Assembly: GCA_021785435.1 (NCBI GenBank)
Contig: JAJYFE010000005.1
Coordinates: 1-56,352, forward strand
Origin: Planctomycetota bacterium
GTDB taxonomy: Bacteria > Planctomycetota > Phycisphaerae > WQYP01
DNA length: 56,352 nucleotides
Direction: 5' to 3'
Shown here: piece after piece, positions 31,833 to 41,113 of the stretch
Numbering within the stretch: position 1 is the first letter of the stretch
Layout of the letters: the number at the start of each line of letters is the position of its first letter
Position numbers and translations under genes: made by a program
Notes under the pieces: generated by a model
Seen by the model: the letters and a program-made list of their open reading frames with translations, nothing else
Databases searched by the model: none
Told to the model about the DNA's origin: nothing

Positions 31833-32993
31833 GTGGCCAACACGCTTACTTATCCGCCGATCACGCCGCTTGCCGGTATTCATGTCTGGACGGAGCGGCT
31901 TGAACACATCGCCGGCCAGCCGCTGGAATTTTGCCCGGATTTTCCCGCCATTACACGGAGGTTCGAAGCCTGGTGGGCGCACGAGTTGATCGACCGCCCG
32001 ATTTTCATCGCCGCAGCCAATACGAATCCAGGCCGGCCCATCAATCGCCGGCTCGAGCTGCTGGAAAATCCCCAGGCCTGGCTCGCGGCGAAGCTGGCTG
32101 ACCTGCGGCAGACCCATCGGGTGGGCGACGCGTTGCCCCACGTCCGTGTGGATTTCGGCCCCGTGCTGCTCGGCGGAATGCTCGGCGGTAAGACCGAGTT
32201 CGGCGCTGACACAACCTGGACGCACTCGTTTATCCATGACGATTGGTCGAACGCGCCGGACTGGACGCTGCGTCCGGACAATCAGCTTTGGGTGTTGTTA
32301 CGCCAACTGTTGCGGCTCGCGGCAAAGGACGCGAAGGGGCGATACCTGGTGTGCACCCCGGACCTGGGCGGATCGGCCGACGTGTTGCTCAACCTCCGCG
32401 GCTCAGCGCCATTATGCTTGGACACCGTGGAGCAGCCGGAACGCGTGCGTGGCGCCCTGGAGGCCATTTATCCCGCCTGGCGCCGGGCGTTCACGGAGAT
32501 GAATCGCATCCCGCTCGAAAGCGGCGCCGGCGTCATTCACTGGCTGGGGCTTTGGTCAAACCGCCCTTATATGATCCCGGCCTGTGATTTTAGTTTCATG
32601 ATCGGCCCCGCCGAATTTCGGCGACTATGTTGGCCCGACATCGCGCGCCAGGCCGCCACGGTGGGCCGGGCGGTCTTTCACCTCGATGGCCCCGGCGCGG
32701 CGCGGCACGTGGATGCGCTCCTTGAGGTACCGGACATCCAGGCCATCCAGTTCACGCCCGGTACGGGAACGCCGTCGGCGCTGGCGTGGGTGGATATGTT
32801 CCGGAAAATTCAAGAACACGGTCGCTCCATGCTGGTGATCTGCCCCGCCGACGAAGTGTTATCCTTGTGCGACGCGCTGCGTCCTGAAGGATTGGCCATC
32901 CTTATCGTGGATGCGCTAACGCCCGAAGCACTGGACGAACTATTCGCCGGATTCGAGAAAAAGTTCCTGAACGGAAAAGGATCCATGCCGTGA
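31833..32993 (+). CDS. UROD/MtaA-like TIM-barrel protein, function unknown
   Basis: RFEAWW..E..DRP, TPDLGG..D.L..LRG, CDFS.MI.P..F, FHLDGPGA.RH.D.LL and IQFTPG pattern; GTG start at 31833 is probable. Confidence 0.6.
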   Translation: MANTLTYPPITPLAGIHVWTERLEHIAGQPLEFCPDFPAITRRFEAWWAHELIDRPIFIAAANTNPGRPINRRLELLENPQAWLAAKLADLRQTHRVGDALPHVRVDFGPVLLGGMLGGKTEFGADTTWTHSFIHDDWSNAPDWTLRPDNQLWVLLRQLLRLAAKDAKGRYLVCTPDLGGSADVLLNLRGSAPLCLDTVEQPERVRGALEAIYPAWRRAFTEMNRIPLESGAGVIHWLGLWSNRPYMIPACDFSFMIGPAEFRRLCWPDIARQAATVGRAVFHLDGPGAARHVDALLEVPDIQAIQFTPGTGTPSALAWVDMFRKIQEHGRSMLVICPADEVLSLCDALRPEGLAILIVDALTPEALDELFAGFEKKFLNGKGSMP

Positions 32994-33028
32994 GTCGTTC
33001 CGGGCGGCGGAAAAGGGAGTTGGGCCAT

Positions 33029-34375
33029 ATGGGCCGTCTTAGTCAACTAAAAATAGTTCTCATTGGCGGCGGCAGCGTCAATTGGGCCCCCAACATCGTC
33101 CGCGACATGTTGCTGACGCCATCCCTGTGCAACTCGGAATTTGTTCTCCTTGATATTGACCAGGCGGCCGGCGATTTAACGAAGGCCTTTCTCCAAAAAC
33201 TGGCGACGGGGCTCGGCGCCAAGGCCCGGTTCGAGTCCACCACGCAGCCGTCCGCGCTGGCCGGGGCCGATTACGTGCTGATCACCATCTCCACCGGCGG
33301 TTTGGAAGCCATGGCGCACGATCTGAGGATTCCCGAAAAATATAGCGTCTTCCACACGGTCGGCGACACCTGCGGCCCCGGGGGTTGGGCGAGAACCATC
33401 CGCAATTTCCAGGTTTTCGACGATCTGTCCAAGCGGATCAACCGCTATGCCCCTGGCGCCATGGTGCTCAACTACAGCAACCCGATGACCACCCTGACCG
33501 ACGTCCTGGCGCGACGCTGCCAGGGACCTGTGATCGGTCTGTGCCACGGCCTGTTCGAAAATTTGGAATTCATCAAGGGCCTCTATAAGCTCGACCGCGA
33601 GGAAGACATTACCCTTCGCTATGGGGGGCTTAATCATTTTTTTTGGTGCACCAGCGTCCGGGCCCGGGATATCGACGTGCTGGCGGATTTGAAACGCCGG
33701 CTGCCGCGGGGCGGCTTCACCCGCCTGCTCAGCCACCTGAGGCGCGACGCCGCGGGTTTTGGCTCGGAAAACCGCGAAGTGGCGACGGAGCTGTTTCAGG
33801 TGACCGGGACGATGCCGTACCTTGGCGACCGGCATACGTGCGAATTCTTTTCCTGCTACCTCACCGACCGGCGGAATCTGAAGAAATACAAACTGGTGCG
33901 CACCACCATCGCCCAGCGGCGGCGGATGGCCCTGCGAAGGCGACGCGAGATCGAGCGCCTGGCGCGCACGACCCCGGACCCGAGCTATCATCAGCGAACG
34001 CGTGAAACCGCCGCCGACATTATCGACGCCCACGTCCGGGGGAGGAGTTTTATCGACGTTGGCAACACGCCCAACCGGGGGCAGATTGCCAATCTGCCGC
34101 GCGGCCTGGTGGTGGAGACGGCGGTGCGCGTCGATGGTACGGGCGTAACCCCGCTGACCTTCGGTGAATTGCCGGAGCTCATCGCTGGTTTCGTGCAACC
34201 GCACGCGCAGGCGTTTGGAATGGTCGTGGACGCCTGTCGGCACGGCAACCGCAGCTTGGCCGTTCAGGCGTTGCGTCTGGATCCACTGTGCGCTCATCTT
34301 ACCGGCGAGCAGGTCCGGCGGTTGGCCGATGAATTGCTCGGGGCGCATCGTTCTTACATTCGGTGTTTTGGCTGA
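33029..34375 (+). CDS. family 4 glycoside hydrolase (NAD+/Mn2+-dependent, alpha-galactosidase/glucosidase-like)
   Basis: KIVLIGGGS, D..IP.KY, GDT.GPGG, NYSNP, GLCH and GLNH motifs. Confidence 0.92.
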   Translation: MGRLSQLKIVLIGGGSVNWAPNIVRDMLLTPSLCNSEFVLLDIDQAAGDLTKAFLQKLATGLGAKARFESTTQPSALAGADYVLITISTGGLEAMAHDLRIPEKYSVFHTVGDTCGPGGWARTIRNFQVFDDLSKRINRYAPGAMVLNYSNPMTTLTDVLARRCQGPVIGLCHGLFENLEFIKGLYKLDREEDITLRYGGLNHFFWCTSVRARDIDVLADLKRRLPRGGFTRLLSHLRRDAAGFGSENREVATELFQVTGTMPYLGDRHTCEFFSCYLTDRRNLKKYKLVRTTIAQRRRMALRRRREIERLARTTPDPSYHQRTRETAADIIDAHVRGRSFIDVGNTPNRGQIANLPRGLVVETAVRVDGTGVTPLTFGELPELIAGFVQPHAQAFGMVVDACRHGNRSLAVQALRLDPLCAHLTGEQVRRLADELLGAHRSYIRCFG

Positions 34376-34546
34376 TGCGGCAGGGGCGCCAGTTATCCGC
34401 GTCCGTGTACCCGGCGGTAGGCACGCGGCAATCCGGATTTTCCATGGAGGCGGTCGGAAAAGGCCGGCGACCCTGGGGTGATTCAGTGGTTGAATGCGCA
34501 CGGAGTGACGCGAATACGGATTAGTTAAACAGGGGTACATCAACTT

Positions 34547-35476
34547 ATGCGCGTTTTGATCATCGGGGGAACGGGACATATCGGCGTTTTTCTTACCAAA
34601 ATGCTGGCGGACGACGGAAATGAGGTCACCGTAGTCTCAACCGGGCGCACCATGACCGACGTGGGCGCCCTCCGCGGCGTCCACCTGGCCAGGATGGATT
34701 ACCGGCAGGCTCTCGACGATGGCACGTTCATCAAGCTCCTAAAGGAGAGCAATATTGAGGCGGTGGTGGATATACTGCAGAGCCACAGCGCCTTGGTATA
34801 CGATGCCTGCCGCAAGTCAGGAGTGGCGCAACTCGTCGCGTGCGGATCCGTCTGGATGTTCGGTCGACCGAAGGTGGTGCCCACACCGGAAGTCGACCAG
34901 GGAGGCAATCCGTTTGGCGGCTATAGGCAGAGGTTCGCGGAGATGCTGGAGGTGATGCATCGGTCGAAGCGCGACGGCTTTCCCTTCACCGGCATCATGC
35001 CTCCGAACATCTGCGGGCCAGGCAAGATCCCGCTGGAGGGGGCGGGCGGAAGGTCCATTGAGGTTCATCGGGCGCATCAGAGGGGCGAAGAGGTTGTGTT
35101 GCCGTTCCCCCGTACGAACCTTATCGGTCCCTGCGACGCCGAAGACGTCGCACGCGGGTTCCACGGCGCGCTGCGCAACCGCCAAGCCGCGGCGGGGGAG
35201 ATTTTCAATGTCGGTTCCGCCTATGCGCTGACGACGGAGAAGTTCATTGCAACCTACAGCGGGATTTATGGGTCAAGGATACCTGTCCGCTACGTCCCGG
35301 CGGAAATATACACAAGGGATATATCTCCCGAAATAGGCGCGCACTTCCATTTCATCGAGCCTATGTGCCCGGACATCTCCAAAATCTCCTCCCGTCTCGG
35401 ATACAAGCCCAAGTACACGCCGGAAGAGACCATGGCGCGGGCGGTGGGATGGATGCGCGAGAAGGGGATGCTGTAA
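34547..35476 (+). CDS. NAD-dependent epimerase/dehydratase (atypical SDR)
   Basis: MRVLIIGGTGHIG Rossmann motif, P.NICGPG and GEIFNVGS. The YxxxK motif is not intact (YRQRF). Confidence 0.8.
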   Translation: MRVLIIGGTGHIGVFLTKMLADDGNEVTVVSTGRTMTDVGALRGVHLARMDYRQALDDGTFIKLLKESNIEAVVDILQSHSALVYDACRKSGVAQLVACGSVWMFGRPKVVPTPEVDQGGNPFGGYRQRFAEMLEVMHRSKRDGFPFTGIMPPNICGPGKIPLEGAGGRSIEVHRAHQRGEEVVLPFPRTNLIGPCDAEDVARGFHGALRNRQAAAGEIFNVGSAYALTTEKFIATYSGIYGSRIPVRYVPAEIYTRDISPEIGAHFHFIEPMCPDISKISSRLGYKPKYTPEETMARAVGWMREKGML

Positions 35477-35566
35477 GCCAGTCCGACTAAGACCGAGCGC
35501 GCCTTTTGCATCTCCGCAGGTTTCCGCGGAGGATGAGGCATCCTGGTGAAACCATCGGCTAGCGCT

Positions 35567-35596
35567 TCTGTTCCACCTGTAATGAGGGGTGGACGG
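35567..35596. repeat. 30-bp direct repeat, copy 2
   Basis: Identical to 21464-21493. It runs into a long inverted repeat (GGTGGACGGAGGGCCGTGTGGCCGCAGGC ... GCCTGCGGCCACACGGCCCTCCGCCCACC). Confidence 0.9.
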
Positions 35597-35719
35597 AGGG
35601 CCGTGTGGCCGCAGGCGCGAAGCGAGGAGGATGGCGTATGGGTGCATACGCCGACGACGAGCGACAAAGCCTGCGGCCACACGGCCCTCCGCCCACCGGT
35701 CGCCTCCTTCGGCGACCGG

Positions 35720-36225
35720 CATGATTTTGTAGGACAGTATAATTACCAGGGCATGGCCCCGCGCGCGGCTGGCCAGACGCACATGCACCGGGCGCATCTC
35801 CAAGTCCATGGTCCCGCCGTAGCGGATCTTCGATTTGCTGGTTCGGAACACCCACTCCACCATGGCCAGGTCCTTGTGGCGGGCGTGGACACTCTGCGCG
35901 TTGAGCTGGGCTGGGGTCGGATCGGTCGGGAGGACATAGCAACCGTCGCGCTTTTGCTGGTCGGCCAGTCTGGGAGTCGCTGTGGCGCCCCAAGGTCACT
36001 GCGCCGTCGCCGATCTGGGAGTCGGTACGGCGACAGCGATCGGCGACCTTGCGGATCTGACTGGCCATCGTTGCGGTGTCCTGGGTATTGCCGGCAAATA
36101 CCTCCATCGACAGCGGTTGGCGTTGGGCGTTGCACAGCAGCCCGATGACGATTTGTCGTTGGCCCTTTTTGCCGTCGCGGTTATAGCCGAAGGCGGCCAG
36201 TTTATTGCAGATCCCTTCGAGATAT
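35720..36225 (-). pseudogene. IS1634-family transposase remnant with internal deletions
   Basis: Fragments GYNRDGKKGQRQIVIGLLC...EVFAGNTQD..T and VEWVFRTSK...LEMRPVHVRLASRARGHALV lie in different frames. Confidence 0.8.
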
Positions 36226-36423
36226 ACTCAATGCGGCCTCTGACGGCACATTATGGGGAGCGAAGGCTGCGGAAACATGCTGATTTTCCGGCCATCATAC
36301 CGAATCAGATATCCCATTAACAGCCGCGTACAATAAATGTCTCATTACAGGCCAAACGGAGTATAGCTGTCCGGCAGACCTGGAGGTCTGCACCACAAGC
36401 ATTTGCCGTGGGCCTCCAGCCTG

Positions 36424-36919
36424 ATCGGGATAGGGAAGGCCGGTTGATTCCGGCGTCCCCTCCCGCCAGACCGGACGGGCGGATTTCCCGCATCCGGCTT
36501 TCCAGTCAGTGGGCCATCTTCTCGCCTTGTCGAGTCGCTCTCTTCGGCGACATGCAACCTTTCGCTCCATGCCCATGACGGCACTTCTTCGCTACTATGG
36601 TTGCCTTGACTCCTGCCGGCCGGGCCCGCCTTCGGCGCGCCAGCACTGTTGCCAACAGGTCTCATGGATTCACGGATTCCAGCCTTCCAGCCATACCGTC
36701 TCCAACCACCCTATGTCGCCGAAGAGGGCGACTCGACAAGGCGAGCTAAATCGAGTTCACCTGGGCAGGTCAGTCACTGCCCGTGTTACGGTCTGATTGT
36801 TCGTCTTCGGTTGCTTGCCACCCTGCCTCGCGGCAACGCGGTGACCTTCGACTACACGCCGGAACATCGGCGTGGGGAGGACTTCCACCTCTCCGACTCA
36901 AATCTGCTCTCCATCGCAC
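36424..36919 (-). mobile_element. ORF-less group II intron (IIB-like domain V)
   Basis: 5' GUGCG at 36919; domain III-like CAUAGUAGCGAAGAAG...GGAGCGAAAG; domain V GAAAGCCGGAUGCGGGAAAUCCGCCCGUCCGGUCUGG with AGC triad; domain VI ending CCCUAUCCCGAU at 36424; no RT ORF. Confidence 0.88.
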
Positions 36920-36974
36920 TGGAGCCGACGCCCTTGTCGGCTGGTCGCCTGATCGATAGGGGCATCGGCCCTAC
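36920..36974. repeat. REP doublet (REPIN-like) interrupted by the intron
   Basis: (G)TGGAGCCGACGCCCTTGTCGGCT ... GGGGCATCGGCCCTAC, an inverted pair of family B REPs. Confidence 0.75.
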
Positions 36975-37091
36975 ATGGCCCGGAGCCTAAGGGACGACGA
37001 TGCTGGCTGTATTTCCACGCTGGTGCTGGTAGCCCTTGTTCCGAGGCGGCGGCTGGATGAAAATAGCGGCGGTATTTTTGAGCGGAGTCGG

Positions 37092-37460
37092 ATGTACGCC
37101 ATTGAAGTCCAAACCGAGTTTCTGGCCGCGCATCAGCTTCGCCTGCTAGATGGTTCGCTGGAACCGCGGCATGAGCATCGCTGGCTGGTGCGGGCACGGA
37201 TTGAATCACCGCAACTCGACACCCTTGAAACCGTCATGGATTTTCACGTGCTCGAAGCACAGCTGCGGGCGATTGTCGCGCCGTGGCAGGGGCGGCGCCT
37301 TAATGACCTGGAGCCATTTGCCACCCAAATGAATCCTTCCGCGGAGCGCGTCGCGGAGCATATCGCATCGGTGCTGGCCCCGCAAATCCATCGCCCGGCC
37401 CGTCTGGTCTGCGTTCGGGTTACGGAAGCGTCGCATTGCCACGCCATTTTCACGCCCTGA
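37092..37460 (+). CDS. queD: 6-carboxytetrahydropterin synthase / PTPS family
   Basis: F.AAH.L, HEH.W, MDF, LNDLEPF..MNPSAE..A and V.V.E motifs. Confidence 0.8.
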   Translation: MYAIEVQTEFLAAHQLRLLDGSLEPRHEHRWLVRARIESPQLDTLETVMDFHVLEAQLRAIVAPWQGRRLNDLEPFATQMNPSAERVAEHIASVLAPQIHRPARLVCVRVTEASHCHAIFTP

Positions 37461-37582
37461 CGGGAGTACCCGCGGGTGTCCGCGGGACGCGGAAGTGGTT
37501 CGCAACGGTGGGCGTGGCAATTTTTCCGGGCGGGGGTTGAAAAGGCCACCTTTTCACGGGAGCTCTGAAGCCCACTCGCCCC

Positions 37583-37686
37583 GCTCGCCTTGTCGAGTCG
37601 CCCTCTTCGGCGACCAGTGGGCGGGCAGGTCGCCGGGGGGCGACTCGCAGACTGGCGAGCTTTGTCGAGTCGCCTCCTTCGGCGAC
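37583..37686. repeat. composite of repeat family A hairpins
   Basis: Three GTCGCC-N-GGCGAC hairpins. A reverse-orientation homologue lies at about 55699-55757 and a partial one at 10333-10401. Confidence 0.85.
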
Positions 37687-37873
37687 CGGGATAAACCCGG
37701 TGGCTCGCCGGGCGAGTTGATGCGGGATGCCCGGAAAAATTGCCGCATTCGCAACGGTGAGGGGGCATCACCGGCTACGCTGACCGCTGGGTGCGAATCG
37801 CACGCCCGGTTCCCCCACATCCCTGCGTAAACCGGCGGCCCAGACCCGACCGCGGCCAACGCCTGGGCCGGAA

Positions 37874-38881
37874 CTATGGCATATATAAATATTCCATGCG
37901 CGGACGGGCCAGGTCCAGCAGAAGGCGGCGCGAAATCTGCAGGCGCGGCGCCGGTAGGACACTGCGCACATTCAGCAGGTTTAGTAAACCAGGCGCCGCT
38001 TTCAGCTCCACGATCGTCGGATGCGCGATCCTGGCCAGCTTCGCGGCCGCCTGACAGGCTGCCGCCAGATACCCGATATGATCCACCAGGCCTTGGCGCA
38101 GAGCCGCTCGAGCGGTGAAAATTTTGCCATTGGCCACCTGGGCTAGCGGCGCCTTTAAGCGTGTACCGCGCCCCCGCTGGACGATGCTTTCGAAGCGCGC
38201 ATCATCGACATCCAGCAGATGTTGCAGATAGGCTTTCACCGGGGGGGTGAATTCGGAGAACGGCGACCCCGCCTCCTTCCATACGGCGGCCTTGCTGGTA
38301 AGGAATTCCGGTTTAACTCCGATTTTGTTAAGCAGCCCCGTCATTTGAAAGCCCGGCATCATCACCCCAATGCTGCCGGTAATGGTGGTCGGTTCCGCGT
38401 AAATTTGCTGGCTGGCCATGGAAATGTAGTATGCCCCACTGGCCGCCAATGCGCCCATGCTCACCACAATGGGTTTGGCGCCGCGCAGTTTGCGAAGGGC
38501 GTGGTAGCAGTCATCCGCCGCCGTGACGCCTCCGCCCGGCGAATCCACCCGCAGCACCAGAGCCTTGATGGCCGCGTCGTGTCGGATGGTGCGCAGATCC
38601 ACCCGCAGTTGTTGGACCGTCGCCGAGCTGATTAAACCGGAAATGGGAATGATGGCAACCTTGTTGGGCGTGCCATGCCGGATCACCACTTGCCGCACGC
38701 GCCCCGGTGCGAAGCCACCGGTCAAAATGGCCATCCCACTCAACGCCGCGATTAGAATGCCGTTGAGCACCAGCGAAACCAGAAGCACCAGGTAAAACAC
38801 CACGCGAAAAAAAATTCTTCCCGTCCGCGGCGGCGGATTTTGATATACCATCACCGGATTGGAACCGCCGGCTTGAGTCAT
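37874..38881 (-). CDS. sppA: signal peptide peptidase SppA (S49)
   Basis: LRVDSPGG, SMGALAASGAYYI, TITGSIGV and GLVD.IG motifs. Confidence 0.93.
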   Translation of the reverse strand: MTQAGGSNPVMVYQNPPPRTGRIFFRVVFYLVLLVSLVLNGILIAALSGMAILTGGFAPGRVRQVVIRHGTPNKVAIIPISGLISSATVQQLRVDLRTIRHDAAIKALVLRVDSPGGGVTAADDCYHALRKLRGAKPIVVSMGALAASGAYYISMASQQIYAEPTTITGSIGVMMPGFQMTGLLNKIGVKPEFLTSKAAVWKEAGSPFSEFTPPVKAYLQHLLDVDDARFESIVQRGRGTRLKAPLAQVANGKIFTARAALRQGLVDHIGYLAAACQAAAKLARIAHPTIVELKAAPGLLNLLNVRSVLPAPRLQISRRLLLDLARPRMEYLYMP

Positions 38882-38942
38882 GATTCACCTCCCGTCAAAA
38901 TGGGCCTGGATGCCGGCCCAACCAGTTGCAGCGCGATAGCAC

Positions 38943-39707
38943 TTATACGTGCGCCAGTCTCCGCAGGTTCTCCCGGCTGAGGCGCGCCGCCTCCAGCGGC
39001 GGCGTGTCGTAACAGTTGTCCTGTTCCACCACCAGCCAGCGCACGGCGGTTTTGGCGGCGGCGGCTAAAATCGCCCTCCAATCCAACACCCCCGCGCCCA
39101 CCGGGGCGAATTTCCGCTCCGGCCCGGCCGCCATGTCCTTGACATGCAGAAACGATATCCGCGCCGCATGGCGCTGAATGTATTCCGCGGGGTTGCCTCC
39201 ACCAAACTGTACCCAGTACGTGTCCAACTCCCACTTCAAGTTTCGCGGATCGGAGTTTTTCAGAAGAATATCCAGCCCCGTCGTCCCATCGAATTTATCA
39301 AATTCAAAGGCGTGGTTATGGTAACTCAGAGTCGCACCTCGCTCGCGGCAGCGCTGCCCCAGCGCCGACAACTTTTCAGCGCTGGCCGCCCAATCCGCGG
39401 CGGTGCGACGACGATCCTCCGGCAGCCAGGAGCAAACGAGCTGCGTGACGGCCGCCTGCCCGTAATATTCCAGCACCTGGTCTAATTGTGTCTCCAGGGC
39501 CTCAATACCAACGTGCACGCCACAGGCCGTCAGTTTCATCCTTGCCAGGGCGGCGCGCAGATCAGCGGCGCTAAGCGTGGTGCGGGTGTCGCAAAGCTCC
39601 ACGCCCTGGTACCCGAGATCAGCCACCTGTTGGCAGGTCCCCGGAAAATCTTTTGCCGCCAACGTCCGCACGGTGTACAGTTGCAGCGCTGCCTTCATCT
39701 TCGCCAT
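38943..39707 (-). CDS. sugar phosphate isomerase/epimerase (IolE/MocC-like TIM barrel)
   Basis: LQLYTVR, GYQGVE, YHNHAFEF, ELDTYW, HVKD and VEQD motifs. Confidence 0.9.
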   Translation of the reverse strand: MAKMKAALQLYTVRTLAAKDFPGTCQQVADLGYQGVELCDTRTTLSAADLRAALARMKLTACGVHVGIEALETQLDQVLEYYGQAAVTQLVCSWLPEDRRRTAADWAASAEKLSALGQRCRERGATLSYHNHAFEFDKFDGTTGLDILLKNSDPRNLKWELDTYWVQFGGGNPAEYIQRHAARISFLHVKDMAAGPERKFAPVGAGVLDWRAILAAAAKTAVRWLVVEQDNCYDTPPLEAARLSRENLRRLAHV

Positions 39708-40209
39708 GATGCTTCCGCCTCCGCGGATACTGAAGATCCAGTCAATGCCCGCCTTCAGCCCGTCGGGCGATGGGCCGATCCAGCCGCCAGTTGGTCACGC
39801 TCCCGACCCGTCGCCGCAGTTTAGTCGCCCTTGGCGACCTCCGGGCTACGTAGGGCCGATGCCCCCATCGGCCAAGCGAGCAGCCGGGCAGGTGCTGCGG
39901 TGGCCCAGCCGAGGCTTCATCATAACTCCGGCCGGCGCCGCCGCCAACCATCGCACTGCCGGGTGATGGCTAAGCGCTGCTGGTCCTGAAAACGGAGAAT
40001 TTGTGCAGCGGGTGAGTCAACCAGTCTGCGAGGCGACGCTTTCGATCGGATGATCATCCGGTGCTCCCGCGCCGCACCCGGCTTCAAGCACTGCGTTTCA
40101 ACGCGGTGAACGGGGGACGGCAGGATTCTCGTGGCGTTGGTGGAGCGCCGAGCGTCGGCGATCGCCAAACCTTGCAGAGAGCCGGCGCTGGTGGCTGGAA
40201 ACGATGGCT

Positions 40210-40701
40210 TTAGTGACCGGCATGGGCCGGGTTGAAAGTCTGGTTCAGGTAGTTAATCACATCCCAGCGTTGGGTGCGGGTTAAGCTATCCCGGAAGCTG
40301 GGCATCGGGCTGTGGCCAGTGGTGATTTTCCAGAAAATGGCTCCCTGACATTGTTTCCAGAAGGCCGCGGTGGTCAGATTCGCCGGGTGAGGCGAAAGGA
40401 AAGACGCCGTAGGGCCATCCCCTTGGGCGTTGTCCCCATGGCAGGCGGCACAGTTCTGGCTGAACACCGCTTGGCCGGTTTGAATGGACTCAGCGGTGAG
40501 TGGGATGGGATTCTTGGTCTTACAGGCCCGGGCCGGGGCACGCCAACGGTCCAACCGTAAAATAGGGCGGCCGCCCACCATCCCGGCGTGGCGGGGCGGC
40601 TTGGGCCATGCAGAGATCACTCCACGACCGGTTCCGACGCACACCACACCGACGATGCCCGCTACGGCAAGAAGAATAGCGGCGGCGTGCTTGGCTGGCA
40701 T
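40210..40701 (-). CDS. monoheme c-type cytochrome
   Basis: N-terminal hydrophobic segment, KNP, CAACHG, PANLT, MPSF (Met ligand) and W.VINY; start uncertain. Confidence 0.88.
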   Translation of the reverse strand: MPAKHAAAILLAVAGIVGVVCVGTGRGVISAWPKPPRHAGMVGGRPILRLDRWRAPARACKTKNPIPLTAESIQTGQAVFSQNCAACHGDNAQGDGPTASFLSPHPANLTTAAFWKQCQGAIFWKITTGHSPMPSFRDSLTRTQRWDVINYLNQTFNPAHAGH

Positions 40702-40811
40702 TTGGTTCTTCCCGCAGGCGCGTCTCGCTGGCGGCGAGACAGAACAGCATATTATAGGCGGAGCCTTCATCAAGGCAGCTTTGGCGAAGGCAGTCAAGAA
40801 ATCCGATAGAC

Positions 40812-40852
40812 TTGACTTAATAGCTGTATGCTGATATAGTCATACAGTTGTT
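40812..40852 (+). promoter_or_regulatory. sigma70-type promoter overlapped by an inverted-repeat operator
   Basis: TTGACT(40812)-17 nt-TATAGT(40835). CTGTATG-N10-CATACAG brackets the -10 element. Confidence 0.7.
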
Positions 40853-40905
40853 TAACACTGGCGCGTCATAACAGCACGAGGTGGAACATTTAGAGGAGAT
40901 GTCCT

Positions 40906-41100
40906 ATGACGATCGAAAACGCGGTGCGATCCCTGGCTGGAAGTATGGTGTTGATCGGCGTGATCTTGAGCCTGACGGTAAGTCCCTGGTGGCTGCTGCT
41001 AACGGCGTTCGTTGGATTGAATCTCTTGCAGTCGGCATTTACAGGATTCTGTCCAGCGGAGAAGATATTCAGACGCTGCGGGCTTAAGGCGCAGGTGTAG
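40906..41100 (+). CDS. DUF2892 (YgaP-like) membrane protein
   Basis: R..AG..VL..., FVG.NLLQSAFTGFCP; SD AGGAG upstream. Confidence 0.88.
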   Translation: MTIENAVRSLAGSMVLIGVILSLTVSPWWLLLTAFVGLNLLQSAFTGFCPAEKIFRRCGLKAQV

Positions 41101-41113
41101 ATAGCGGAATTTC

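Noticed and set aside
37583-37686. Clustered ~30-bp palindromic repeats as a possible CRISPR array
   Set aside because: Only two or three degenerate units, the intervening sequence recurs elsewhere (55699-55757, 10360-10375), copies are dispersed in both orientations, and no cas genes are present.
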